The notes: generated by a model not told the origin, from the letters alone. Counted from the first letter of the stretch, positions 30,810 through 40,343 are shown. The stretch is 64,000 nt of DNA from an uncultured Collinsella sp. (GCA_959596505.1 CAUFWM010000001.1:11113-75112), one strand, 5' to 3'. Numbers and translations are program-made.

Positions 30810-30888
30810 CGCGCAGCCAAATCTGCTTCCACCCGCAGCAAACAACCCAAAATCACTCTTTTCGAGCCGACTCCGGGAGGCCGTAGGC

Positions 30889-30923
30889 AAAAAACAGGCC
30901 GCAGCCCATGGCGGCGGCCTGTT
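30889..30923 (-). terminator. Terminator after the NRAMP-like gene
   Basis: AACAGGCCGCCGCCATGGGCTGCGGCCTG followed by T6 on the minus strand. Confidence 0.7.
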
Positions 30924-30941
30924 AAGAATCCAAAAGAAGCG

Positions 30942-32204
30942 CTACGCGCTGTAGCCCATCGCCTGCAGAACAAACATGACGACCGTCAGCACCGTAATCA
31001 CACCGATAGTCGCCCACGTGAGCACATTCCACACGCGGCCGTTGCGGTTGGCGCCCATAATGTGTCGATCGGCGGCAATAAGCACCTGGAACACCAGGAC
31101 CACAGGCAAAAGCACGCCGTTGATGACCTGCGAGGTCATCATAATCTGGAACAGGTCGACGCCGGGCATGAGCACCAGCACGGCAGAAATGCCAATGATG
31201 GCCGTAATAATGCCGCGGTAGACCGGGGCCTCGTCCCAGCTGCGATCGGCACCGCGCTCCCAGCCAAATGCCTCGCAGATAGCGCTGGACGTAACGCCTG
31301 GCAGCACGCAGGCGGCCAAGAAGCTCGCCGCGACCAGGCCCGAGGCAAACAGCACCGTGGACCACTGGCCCGCGATGGGCTCCAATGCGCGGGCGGCGTC
31401 GGCAGCATCGCTGATCTGAATGCCCGCGGGGAACAGTACCGTACCGGTCGTTATGATAATAAAGCCGGCAATGACATCGGCGGCGATCGAGCCGCTCACG
31501 GTATCAATGCGCTGCAGCACGATATCGTCCTCACCCGCATTCTTATCGACCACGTTGTTCTGCGCCAAGAAGATCATCCACGGCGCGATGGTGGTGCCGA
31601 TCGTTGCGACCACAAGCGACACGTAGCTGGGGTCGTTTTGGATGTTGGGCACAACCAGGTCGACCGCCACCTCGCCCCAGCTGGGACCAGCCATAAATGC
31701 AGCGACGATGTAGGTCACAAACACGCAGCTCACCAGCAGCAGAATCTTCTCGATGCGCTGGAAGCTGCCCGACATGGTAAGCATCCAAACCAGCAGCGCC
31801 ACGAGCGGCACCGAGATGCTCGCCGGCACGCCAAAGAGGGCAAGACCGCTCGCGATACCCGCAAACTCCGAAATGGTCACGGCCGTGTTGGCGATCAGCA
31901 GCGCCGCCATGGCCAGCACGCTCCTGCGCACGCCAAAGCGCTCGCGGATGAGCGACGCCAAGCCCTTGCCCGTCACGCAGCCGCAGCGCGCCGCAGTCTC
32001 CTGCGTCACGATGAGCAGCACGGTCATGACGGGAAGCATCCACAGCATCTTGTAGCCATAGCTGGCACCGGCACTGGAATACGTGGCGATGCCGCCGGCG
32101 TCATTGCCCGAAAGCGCCGCCAGAAGGCCAGGGCCCATGGCGCCAAAGATGGCCGCGATGGTCAGCTTTTGCTTGGTGCTCGCCTTTTGCTTCGTGTTTT
32201 GCAC
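30942..32204 (-). CDS. NRAMP-related divalent cation (probably Mg2+) transporter
   Basis: GPG...NDAGGIATY, TGKGL, GTTIAPW; lacks the canonical NRAMP DPGN motif; GTG start inferred. Confidence 0.88.
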   Translation of the reverse strand: MQNTKQKASTKQKLTIAAIFGAMGPGLLAALSGNDAGGIATYSSAGASYGYKMLWMLPVMTVLLIVTQETAARCGCVTGKGLASLIRERFGVRRSVLAMAALLIANTAVTISEFAGIASGLALFGVPASISVPLVALLVWMLTMSGSFQRIEKILLLVSCVFVTYIVAAFMAGPSWGEVAVDLVVPNIQNDPSYVSLVVATIGTTIAPWMIFLAQNNVVDKNAGEDDIVLQRIDTVSGSIAADVIAGFIIITTGTVLFPAGIQISDAADAARALEPIAGQWSTVLFASGLVAASFLAACVLPGVTSSAICEAFGWERGADRSWDEAPVYRGIITAIIGISAVLVLMPGVDLFQIMMTSQVINGVLLPVVLVFQVLIAADRHIMGANRNGRVWNVLTWATIGVITVLTVVMFVLQAMGYSA

Positions 32205-32212
32205 GCGACCAC

Positions 32213-34057
32213 CTAACCCATGACCGACATGGTGAGCAGCACCGCGGCGATGCAGTACGCCACGCATGAGATCATGACGGCAATGACGTTCATGGCGGTA
32301 CCCGACGTATTGAGGTCGTGCTCGTCACGCCAGAACAGCACCATCAGGTAAATCACGGCGCTCATGTTGCCGACCAGACAGATGATGGCCGCGATGTTAA
32401 AGCAGCCGGTAAAGAGCTGCTCCTCAAACATGGGCGCGTCGGGGAATGCGGCGGTGCGCACCAGCTGGGCGCACAGGTAGGTCACGAGCGACAGAATCAA
32501 GCCCATGCCCGTACTCTGGAAGAAAAATCCCAGATACGGCTTGGGCTCATCGTCATGGCCGTCGTACTCCAGGAAGTAGTTCTTGACGAACGACACCATA
32601 CGCGAGGCAGCCAGCAACACGAGCGGCATGGCGCACATGGGGAACACCACCAGATGCGCAGAGCCCAGCGCCGTTCCCAGCACTGTTGCCATGATGCACG
32701 AGGCAATACCCCACACGACAACCCAGTACTGGCGATGCACAAACCAGCTGAGCACATTCGTCGAGTCGTCGGACGCGCTATCGCCCGAGCCGACACCTGC
32801 GATCTGCAGGTCCTCCTGGTGCTCCTCGGCGATAACGTCCATGGCGTCGTCAAAGGTCACGATACCCAAGATGTGACGGTTCTCGTCGCAAACGGGGATG
32901 GCAACCAGGTCGTACTTGGTCATCTCGTCCGTTACGTCTTCCTGGTCATCGTCGGGCGACACATACACCAGGTCGCGATAGGCCAGCTGACCCAGTGTGG
33001 CGTCGCGGTCGGCGACGATCAGCGTGCGCAGCGAAAGCACGCCGGTGAGCATGCCGCTCGGGTCCTCGGTATAGACGTAGTAGACGCTCTCGAAGTCCTC
33101 GTCGAGCTTGCGGATCGCCTCGATGGCGTCACCGACCGTCGCCGTGGCGGGCAGAGAGACAAACTCCGAGGTCATGATACGGCCGGCGGTGTTGTCCTCA
33201 TAGCCCAGCAGGTTACGAATCGCTTTCTCCTCCTGAACGCCCATCAGGCGCAAAAGCTTCTCAGCCTTCTCGTAATCGAGCTCGTCGATCAGGTCGGCGG
33301 CGTCGTCCGGGTCCATCATGGCCAGCATCGACGATGCGTCGGTGTCGGACAGACCCTCGAGCATCTCGGTCATAAGCTCGTCGTCATCGAACTCCGAGAT
33401 GGCCTCGGCGGCCTGGGCAGTGTCGAGCTGCGCGAACACCTGCGCACGCAGGCGCGGGTCGAGCTGCTCGATAATGTCGGCAATGTCAGCAGGATGCAGC
33501 TCGCCAAGCGTCTTGTGCGACACCGACAGCTGAATGTTTTTAGTCGAACGGTCGAGCAGGTCCATGTAGGACCAGGCGATGATGTCCTCGCCGAGCGGTT
33601 TGCCCAGGTGCTTCATAAAGCTCTCGACGACATGCTCGAGTGCGGGGCTGATCGCGCGCAGCAGACCGCGGGCACCAACTTCGGCACCTAGCAGGCGCAG
33701 CTGATTTTCGCCCGACATGGAAAACTTGATGTCGTTTACGCGCACGACCTTCATACCCTGCGTGTCGACAATCTGTTTGTTGAGCACGTCGCGCGCGAGC
33801 AAGAGCTCGGTCGGCTGCAGGTACGAAAAACGGATTTCGGTGGCCGGCGACTTAAGGTGCACACCCGTCTCGTCGATACGATCGACCCATTTGCGCCAGC
33901 TGATCATAAACGGCGTCTTACCGGGCCCGCGGAACGCGAGCGACGTTACGTGCGGAAAAACTTCGCCGGTAGCAATGCCAAAATCGTTCACAACGCCGAG
34001 CTTTTCGCCATCGACGTCCAAGACCGGCAATTTGAGCATCTCACTCAGATAATTCAC
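32213..34057 (-). CDS. MgtE-like protein (PRC-like, MgtE_N and CBS domains plus a divergent TM domain)
   Basis: LHPADIADIIE, MDPDDAADLI, YEDNTAGRIMT, GIVTFDD. Confidence 0.85.
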   Translation of the reverse strand: MNYLSEMLKLPVLDVDGEKLGVVNDFGIATGEVFPHVTSLAFRGPGKTPFMISWRKWVDRIDETGVHLKSPATEIRFSYLQPTELLLARDVLNKQIVDTQGMKVVRVNDIKFSMSGENQLRLLGAEVGARGLLRAISPALEHVVESFMKHLGKPLGEDIIAWSYMDLLDRSTKNIQLSVSHKTLGELHPADIADIIEQLDPRLRAQVFAQLDTAQAAEAISEFDDDELMTEMLEGLSDTDASSMLAMMDPDDAADLIDELDYEKAEKLLRLMGVQEEKAIRNLLGYEDNTAGRIMTSEFVSLPATATVGDAIEAIRKLDEDFESVYYVYTEDPSGMLTGVLSLRTLIVADRDATLGQLAYRDLVYVSPDDDQEDVTDEMTKYDLVAIPVCDENRHILGIVTFDDAMDVIAEEHQEDLQIAGVGSGDSASDDSTNVLSWFVHRQYWVVVWGIASCIMATVLGTALGSAHLVVFPMCAMPLVLLAASRMVSFVKNYFLEYDGHDDEPKPYLGFFFQSTGMGLILSLVTYLCAQLVRTAAFPDAPMFEEQLFTGCFNIAAIICLVGNMSAVIYLMVLFWRDEHDLNTSGTAMNVIAVMISCVAYCIAAVLLTMSVMG

Positions 34058-34199
34058 TGGTGCTCCCCATCATTATCCCTTCGAACTGCGGCCATGCCGG
34101 CACGCCGTCCGTGGACTTTTAGATATGTATACGCATGCGCGGGCGGCACGCCGCTCGGCGCTCACACCCCGTACATGCGCAAGAAGCACCTGCATGGGG

Positions 34200-34232
34200 T
34201 CATCGACTGTATGGTCGAGGTTTGGATTTCAC
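34200..34232 (-). CDS. Candidate leader peptide MKSKPRPYSR
   Basis: AGAAAGG RBS 6 nt before GTG; extended -10 TGCTATAGT upstream; the stop overlaps a hairpin. Confidence 0.5.
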   Translation of the reverse strand: MKSKPRPYSR

Positions 34233-34351
34233 CTGCAGCCTTTCTCTTGACCCTTGTTATCCGCAGTAACTATAGCATCAGCATCGCGCCGTGGCGTCAA
34301 ATTTTTGCTCCAAACATCGCAGGCATATCAAACGCTGACGTATCCGTGACA

Positions 34352-34380
34352 TAGTCATTGGAGACGTTCTTACATGACTA
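34352..34380. repeat. GGAGAC-loop hairpin, family A, overlapping the deacetylase stop
   Basis: TAGTCATTGGAGACGTTCTTACATGACTA. Confidence 0.8.
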
Positions 34381-35784
34381 GTCTGTGGTGTCGTCATCTT
34401 CGGCGAGCTGGGGGAATACGGCGTTTTTGGGCATGGTGACCTTCGTCAGCGAGGTGAGCTTTTTGCTCAGCGATGTATCCGTCTTGACCAGATCGCTCAA
34501 TGTCACGATTTTGTAGCCGTCGGCAATAAGCCCGTCGATAATCTGCGGCAGCGCCTCGAGCGTCTGCTCGGCGCATTCATCGTTATCGGTCAGCAACACA
34601 ATGTTGCCCGGCGTCACCGAATCGAGCACCGTCGAGACCTGCTCGTCGGCACCGTTGAGCAGCCAGTCGCCCGAATCGATATTCCACGAGACCACGGCAG
34701 ACACCAGGTCCATCGCATCAATCCAGTTTTGCTCGTCAAAGGCTGCGTAGGGAGCACGCAAAAGCATCGTCGACGTTCCGGTCGCGGACTTGATCGCCTC
34801 GGTGCCCTTCGAAACCTGTTCGCGCACTGCATCGCGATCCTTGCCCTTGAGCGATTCGTCGCTGTAACTGTTGGAGCCGACCTCGCAGCCGGCATCGACA
34901 ATCGCCTTGGCCGTGGCGGGCGAGGCCTCGGCCGCATCGCCCGACAGGAAGAACGTCGCGGTGACGCCCTTTTCCTTGAGCACCTGCAAGATCTGCTTGG
35001 TCACGCCGCTCGGGCCCTCATCAAACGTCAGCGCCACGTACTTTTCGTTGCCTTTGGGCGCCACGCTCGCGCACTCGACCACGCAATCGGTGGCGGGCAC
35101 GACCTCGCCGCGGTCCTGCGTCTTGCCCGATTGCTCGCCGACCCACACCTCAGAGCGACCCTGGATACCCCACGTCTTGACATACTCGATGGCACCCGTG
35201 CCCTCGACCTTAAGCTTGGGCTCGATAACCGTCGCCTGGACCTCATGCTTCTCATACGTGTCGCGGCCGTCTTTGACCGTCACCTTCTCGCCGCCCGTAA
35301 GCTCGCGGCTTTTCCACTTGCCCTGTTTTATGCGCTTGCCGTCCACTTTTACCGACAGCTTTTCGCCGCCATGGCGAGTAAGCACGCTGTCGTCAACGGC
35401 CAGCAGGTCCCCGGCGTCGTAGGTATCGGTCAGCTCCTGGTCGTCGATGAGATTTTGAAGCGTAGAGCCGACGCGCACCGCAGTCTCCTGGCCGTTGAGG
35501 ACGACATCCACGCTGCGGTTGACGTAGCCCACGACAGCAGCGATGAACAGCACGAGCGCGCAACCCACGGCGATGAGCGCATAGGGCAGGCGAGACGGAC
35601 GGCGGGGCGTGCGGCCGTTGCCGATGCGAGCGCTGCGGTCGCTAAAGCCGCGGCTATGGTTGAGATACATCGCGCCGGGCTTACGGTGACGCTTGCGCTG
35701 ACCGCTGGGCAGCTGCCCCAGATCGCGGCGCGCCGTCGGACGCGAGCCCGAGCGTCCGTGTGAATATGATCCGTTTTGGCGCAT
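34378..35784 (-). CDS. Membrane-anchored polysaccharide-deacetylase-like (CE4/NodB) protein with degenerate catalytic motifs
   Basis: Single TM segment, then ALTFDEGP, ATFF, RAPY, WNIDSGDW. Confidence 0.85.
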   Translation of the reverse strand: MRQNGSYSHGRSGSRPTARRDLGQLPSGQRKRHRKPGAMYLNHSRGFSDRSARIGNGRTPRRPSRLPYALIAVGCALVLFIAAVVGYVNRSVDVVLNGQETAVRVGSTLQNLIDDQELTDTYDAGDLLAVDDSVLTRHGGEKLSVKVDGKRIKQGKWKSRELTGGEKVTVKDGRDTYEKHEVQATVIEPKLKVEGTGAIEYVKTWGIQGRSEVWVGEQSGKTQDRGEVVPATDCVVECASVAPKGNEKYVALTFDEGPSGVTKQILQVLKEKGVTATFFLSGDAAEASPATAKAIVDAGCEVGSNSYSDESLKGKDRDAVREQVSKGTEAIKSATGTSTMLLRAPYAAFDEQNWIDAMDLVSAVVSWNIDSGDWLLNGADEQVSTVLDSVTPGNIVLLTDNDECAEQTLEALPQIIDGLIADGYKIVTLSDLVKTDTSLSKKLTSLTKVTMPKNAVFPQLAEDDDTTD

Positions 35785-35856
35785 GTGCCCTCCCCCATAA
35801 ACGCAGCAAGCCGGAGCAACAGGTCTCCGGCTTGCCTCCCATCATTTGGTACGTCG

Positions 35857-36612
35857 CTATTTGCTAGCTTTCGACGAGCCACCGCTCGCCTTTTGATATT
35901 CGTCCTTAAAGGCCTTGAACATACCGCGCGTCTTGCCGAGCTGCTTGCCCAGCGCGCGACTGCCCTTGTCCACGGCGACCGAACCCTTGTCATCGAGCAC
36001 CTTAGCGCCCTTCTTGACCTTATCGCCCACCACGACGCTTGCCTCGGCAGCCTTTGCGGCGGCGCCGCCCGAATACCCGAGCGACTTGACCTCGTCCGAA
36101 ACGATCATCGCGCCGTCCGCATAGCCGCGCAGCATCGTCGGCGGCATCTGCGTGTCGCCCACCAGCACACTCGAGGCAGTGCCAGTGGTCACATAGAATG
36201 TCTGCACGATACCCGAACGCGGCTTGAACTCCACATCCGAGCAATAGCCCACGACATCGCCCGACTCCGTGCGCACGTCCATGCCAACCCAGATAATGCA
36301 ATCGTCCAGGTTGATGTCGAGGCGCTTGGCCGCAGCGGCATCGTAGGTGCCCTTGACGTCGTCAACTGCGATGGCGCCCTCGTAGACGCCAATGGCATCG
36401 AGCGCCACAAAGCGGTCGGGGCGCTCGATCATACCCGCGATATCGGACTGGCGAACCATAAAGCCCACCACGCGTGTGCCGCCCGGGGTAAAGACCGGAA
36501 AGTGAATCTTGCCGAGCTTTTTAGGGCTGCGCGGCGTGCCGTCCTTTTTGGTGCGCTTGTCCTCGGTAGGCTTGCGATAGATCTTGGCGCCGACAAAATC
36601 CCCGGCGCGCAT
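35857..36612 (-). CDS. PRC-barrel domain protein
   Basis: Two PRC-like repeats (GKIHFPVF; VGMDVRTESGDVVGYCSDV). Confidence 0.75.
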   Translation of the reverse strand: MRAGDFVGAKIYRKPTEDKRTKKDGTPRSPKKLGKIHFPVFTPGGTRVVGFMVRQSDIAGMIERPDRFVALDAIGVYEGAIAVDDVKGTYDAAAAKRLDINLDDCIIWVGMDVRTESGDVVGYCSDVEFKPRSGIVQTFYVTTGTASSVLVGDTQMPPTMLRGYADGAMIVSDEVKSLGYSGGAAAKAAEASVVVGDKVKKGAKVLDDKGSVAVDKGSRALGKQLGKTRGMFKAFKDEYQKASGGSSKASK

Positions 36613-37007
36613 TATGCCTCGGTCGAAGGCTCCGCGGCCTCGGCGTCGGCCTCGACGGCGTTCTCGACCACGACATCGGCGGCGGGCGTCACGTTGCCGC
36701 CCGAGATGGCGTCGTTGAGCTGCTCTCGCAGCTGGTCCATGCGCTCGCGGGCAAGGTCAACCTTGGCACGCAGGTCATCGGTCTTGGCATCGACCATCGG
36801 GCCAAAATCGTTGACCGCAGCGCGGGCCTCCTCGGCACCGTGCTCGTAGGTGTCGCGCATGTTATCCCAGGCGTCGTTTGCGATATCGGCAGCCATGGCG
36901 CGGGTCTCGGCGCCCGAGCGCGGAGCCAGGGCAACGCCGATAATGGCGCCGGCGGCGGCACCGAAGAGCGCACCCGAGATAAAGTTGAAAGTCTTACCCA
37001 TGTTCAT
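36612..37007 (-). CDS. YtxH-domain protein
   Basis: GALFGAAAGAIIGVALAPRSGAETR. Confidence 0.85.
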   Translation of the reverse strand: MNMGKTFNFISGALFGAAAGAIIGVALAPRSGAETRAMAADIANDAWDNMRDTYEHGAEEARAAVNDFGPMVDAKTDDLRAKVDLARERMDQLREQLNDAISGGNVTPAADVVVENAVEADAEAAEPSTEA

Positions 37008-37137
37008 TCCTCTCCTGCGGGCACCTCGGCGCCCACCGTTTGAATGCTGTCCATTATACCCGCAGCACAGCGCCTGCCGCTTTGCTCATCTGCGTACGGT
37101 AAAGGCGCAGGTACATGATGGTGATAAGCGGGTGAGC

Positions 37138-37983
37138 CTACTCCTGCGGCATGGCAGGCATGGCCACCGTGGCGGCCGGGTCCTCGCCGGCGCCGTCAAC
37201 GAGCGGCAGCGCTCCCTCACGCGCAGGGGCAACCGGAGCCGTCGCCGCACCACCGTAGACGGCAGCGGGGGCCTCATGGCTCTCGGCGGTCGCGCCCTCG
37301 GTATCGATTACTTCCTGCGGCTCGTCGTCAAAGCTCGGGACGCCCTGGGGCTCCGCGGGCTCGACCTCGACGGCCTCCTCGGCAGGGGCATCGTTGACAG
37401 ACTCGGCGGCAGCCTCGGCAGGCGCCTCGCCCTCGGTCGTGTCCCCGGCCTCGCCTTCGGCGTTCGCGGCGGCGACGGCCTCGTGCGGGTCCTTGCCCTC
37501 GGCCTCGGCGCGCATACCCAGCACCAGGTTGCGCAGGCCCGCGACCGTTCCTTCCACGTCGGGGGCAGGCTGGTCGGCGTGCAGGTACGCCCAGTCCATC
37601 ATAAAGGTCGCCGAAGACAGCGCGCCGATGGCCAGCGCGTCGTCGGGACACGAAAGCTCGACCTCAAAGACACGCTCGTCGTGCTCGCTTACGCGGGTGC
37701 GGCCGCACGAAATGCTGCCAGCGAGACCGGTCTCGTTCATGAGCTCGACTGTCACGTGCTCCAGCAGATGGCAAAGCTCGGTCTGGCCCATGCAGTCCTG
37801 GAATTCGCGACCGGAATCGCCCAGGCACAGATGCTTGGCAATCGCGGGCACCAGGTAATACACGCGCGCCGTGGCCTCGATGTCCTCCGAGGTCATGAGC
37901 GGCATGCCGGGGTTCACCAGCACGTGCGCGCAGATCTTGTCCTCGCTGACGGTGACCTTAAGGATGTTGAACAGGCCTGCCAT
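37138..37983 (-). CDS. Standalone cyanophycin-synthetase N-domain-like protein with an acidic tail
   Basis: HLC-x18-HLLEHVTVELM...GRTR; C-terminal Ala/Glu/Pro low-complexity region. Confidence 0.7.
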   Translation of the reverse strand: MAGLFNILKVTVSEDKICAHVLVNPGMPLMTSEDIEATARVYYLVPAIAKHLCLGDSGREFQDCMGQTELCHLLEHVTVELMNETGLAGSISCGRTRVSEHDERVFEVELSCPDDALAIGALSSATFMMDWAYLHADQPAPDVEGTVAGLRNLVLGMRAEAEGKDPHEAVAAANAEGEAGDTTEGEAPAEAAAESVNDAPAEEAVEVEPAEPQGVPSFDDEPQEVIDTEGATAESHEAPAAVYGGAATAPVAPAREGALPLVDGAGEDPAATVAMPAMPQE

Positions 37984-38007
37984 AACTCTCCCCTACTCTT
38001 CCTTGCC

Positions 38008-39381
38008 CTACTCGTCGCCGTCGTGCGGGTCCGCAGAACCCGCGTCCGACGCCGCCGGCTTATCTGCCGAGGACTCGGAATCCTTCTTATCGGTTTCGGC
38101 CGGAGCGATCACGCGAATGAGCGAGATGCGCTGGCCACGCATCGACTGCACCTTAAACTTGTACCCCGCAACCTCAAACACCTCTCCGATGTCGGGCACC
38201 GAGTCGCAAAGCTCCAAAATCCAGCCGGCGATGGTCTCATAATCATCGCTTTCCTCGAGCGGCCAACCAAGCTCAATCGCGTCATCGCACGAAAAACGCC
38301 CATCGACAAGCCACTCGCGGCGCGAAAGGCGCGTGAGGTACTTGTTGTCGGGGTCGAACTCGTCCTCGATCTCGCCCACGATCTCCTCGACGATGTCCTC
38401 GATGGTGATGATGCCGGCCGTGCCGCCGTACTCGTCCACGACCACCACGATCTGGTCGTGCGAGGTCTGCATCTCGGACAGCAGCGGCAGGATGTCCTTG
38501 GTGTCGGGCACAAAGGTGGCGTCGCGCAAAAAGTCGGCGATGGGCTGGTCGCCCTTGCCGTCGAGCGAAGGCTGGATCAGGTCCTTGATGTGCGCGATGC
38601 CGGCGACGTTGTCGGGATCCTCGTGATAGACGGGGATGCGGCTAAAGCCGGTCTGGCGCATGGCGGACAGCACGTCGGCGACCGTCTCGTCGTCCTCGCA
38701 CATGGTGGTGTCCACGCGCGGCACCATGACCTCGCGGGCAACGGTGTCGCCCAGGTCGAAGATCTCGTGAATCATACGCTTTTCCTCGTCGAGCAGGTCG
38801 TCCTGCTCCGAGACCATGTACTTGATCTCTTCCTCCGAGACGTTCTGGCGGTCATCGGCGCTCTTGATGCGCAGGATGCGGGCCAGACCGTCGGAGCAGG
38901 CACCGGTCAGCCACACGAGCGGGCGGGCGATCTTTTGGAACACCGAGAGCGGTCCCACGACCTGCTTGGATACGCCCTCGGCGTTAGCGAGGCCGATGCG
39001 CTTGGGCACGAGCTCGCCAATCACGATGGACACGAAGGCGACGGCAACGGTGATGATGACCGGCGCCAGGCCGCGCGCAATGGCAGAGAGCGGCGCGATG
39101 CCAAAGCTCATGAGCCACGTGGCAAGCGGGTCGGACAGGCTCGTCGAGGCGACGGCGGACGAGGCAAAGCCCACGAGCGTGATGGCGACCTGGATGGTGG
39201 CCAACAGCTGATCGGAGTCTGCGGCGAGCTGGACGGCGCGCTCGGCGCGTTTGTCGCCTTCCTCGGCATCGTGCTCCAGCACAGCGCGCTTTGCCGTGGT
39301 GAGCGCCATCTCGGACATAGAGAAGTAGCCGTTGATGAGGGTTAAAACGAGGGTAGTGATAAGGGAGATGGTTATGTCCAT
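38008..39381 (-). CDS. CNNM/CorB (TlyC-family) protein: DUF21, CBS and CorC domains
   Basis: FSMSEMA, GELVPKRI, VMVPR, FSRIPVY, VDEYGGTAG, EIVGEIEDEFD. Confidence 0.93.
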   Translation of the reverse strand: MDITISLITTLVLTLINGYFSMSEMALTTAKRAVLEHDAEEGDKRAERAVQLAADSDQLLATIQVAITLVGFASSAVASTSLSDPLATWLMSFGIAPLSAIARGLAPVIITVAVAFVSIVIGELVPKRIGLANAEGVSKQVVGPLSVFQKIARPLVWLTGACSDGLARILRIKSADDRQNVSEEEIKYMVSEQDDLLDEEKRMIHEIFDLGDTVAREVMVPRVDTTMCEDDETVADVLSAMRQTGFSRIPVYHEDPDNVAGIAHIKDLIQPSLDGKGDQPIADFLRDATFVPDTKDILPLLSEMQTSHDQIVVVVDEYGGTAGIITIEDIVEEIVGEIEDEFDPDNKYLTRLSRREWLVDGRFSCDDAIELGWPLEESDDYETIAGWILELCDSVPDIGEVFEVAGYKFKVQSMRGQRISLIRVIAPAETDKKDSESSADKPAASDAGSADPHDGDE

Positions 39382-39491
39382 CGGGAGTTTCTCGAACCTC
39401 CAAGATTCGGGACGTTAGGGTAAAACGTTGATGGCGGATACGGCAATTGTGCCAGCGCCCAAACGAGGACGCGGGCGCGAAGGCGTGGTCG

Positions 39492-40175
39492 CTAGATTAC
39501 GAAGAGGATCACCGCCATGAACTGGAAGATGCTGCCGGCGAGCACCCACAGGTGAAACACGCTGTGCAGATAGCGTACGTTTTTGGCGATATAGAACGGC
39601 ACGCCCGCGGTGTAGCACACGCCGCCGACGGCGAGCAGGGCAAGTGCCACGGGGTTGAGCAGCACCACAAGTTCGGGCAGCTTAAAGACAACGAGCCAGC
39701 CCATCAGCAGGTAGACCAAGCCACTTACCCAGTGCGGTTGACGCTCGCGCATAAAGCACTCGAGGGCGATGCCGCTAATGGCGATGGCCCATACGGCAAA
39801 GAACAGCGCAGGACCGCCGTCGTTTGCGAGCGTGATGAGGCAAAACGGCGTATAGCTGCCGGCTATGAGCAGGTAGATGCAGCTATGGTCGATAATGCGG
39901 AACACGCGCTTGGCGCGCGCGGGCTGAATCGCGTGGTAGAGCGTGGAGGCCAGATATTCGAGGATAATGCTGACACCATAGACAATCGCCGCGGCCATGT
40001 GGGCCGGGCCTCCGCCGCGCAGGGCGGCGAATACGATCAGGAGCACCAGACCCGCGATACCCAGCAGGCAGCCGACACCATGGGTGACGGAGTTCATGAT
40101 CTCCTCGCCCACCGTGTAGTGTGGAACGGCCGCGGTCTTGGGCCGCGGCTTAGAACTGTCGCTCGAATCGGACAT
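39492..40175 (-). CDS. Hemolysin III / PAQR-family membrane protein
   Basis: EEIMNSVTHG, STLYH, DHSCIYLLIAGSYTP, HSVFHLWV. Confidence 0.92.
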   Translation of the reverse strand: MSDSSDSSKPRPKTAAVPHYTVGEEIMNSVTHGVGCLLGIAGLVLLIVFAALRGGGPAHMAAAIVYGVSIILEYLASTLYHAIQPARAKRVFRIIDHSCIYLLIAGSYTPFCLITLANDGGPALFFAVWAIAISGIALECFMRERQPHWVSGLVYLLMGWLVVFKLPELVVLLNPVALALLAVGGVCYTAGVPFYIAKNVRYLHSVFHLWVLAGSIFQFMAVILFVI

Positions 40176-40325
40176 GCCGGTTACATCCTCCAACGTAAAG
40201 AGTTCTCAACACTATATCAAAGCGTCTGGGTACGTGCGAAATTTGCACCATACGTGACCCTTTGTTTACCCATTCTTTGCCTGTTGACGCATCAACGGCG
40301 AACGTCCATAATGCGCTTGCATTAA

Positions 40326-40343
40326 ATGTTGATGTATTAACAT
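40326..40343 (+). promoter_or_regulatory. Near-palindromic candidate operator upstream of the alpha/beta hydrolase
   Basis: ATGTTGATGTATTAACAT dyad just before the RBS. Confidence 0.4.

Noticed and set aside
34060..34280. M-box (ykoK) riboswitch
   Set aside because: Only short fragments resemble it (AGGTGA, CCATACAGT) and they are too close together for the M-box architecture; an Rfam scan would settle it.
36850..39345. Long antisense ORFs (e.g. 36850-39345, 6650-8908, 15606-17879, 43704-45710, 4519-6339)
   Set aside because: Shadow frames of well-supported genes in GC-rich DNA, with no recognisable motifs.
38008..40175. Virulence 'hemolysin' locus
   Set aside because: The TlyC/CNNM and HlyIII/PAQR family names are historical; these are widespread Mg2+-transport and membrane-homeostasis proteins.
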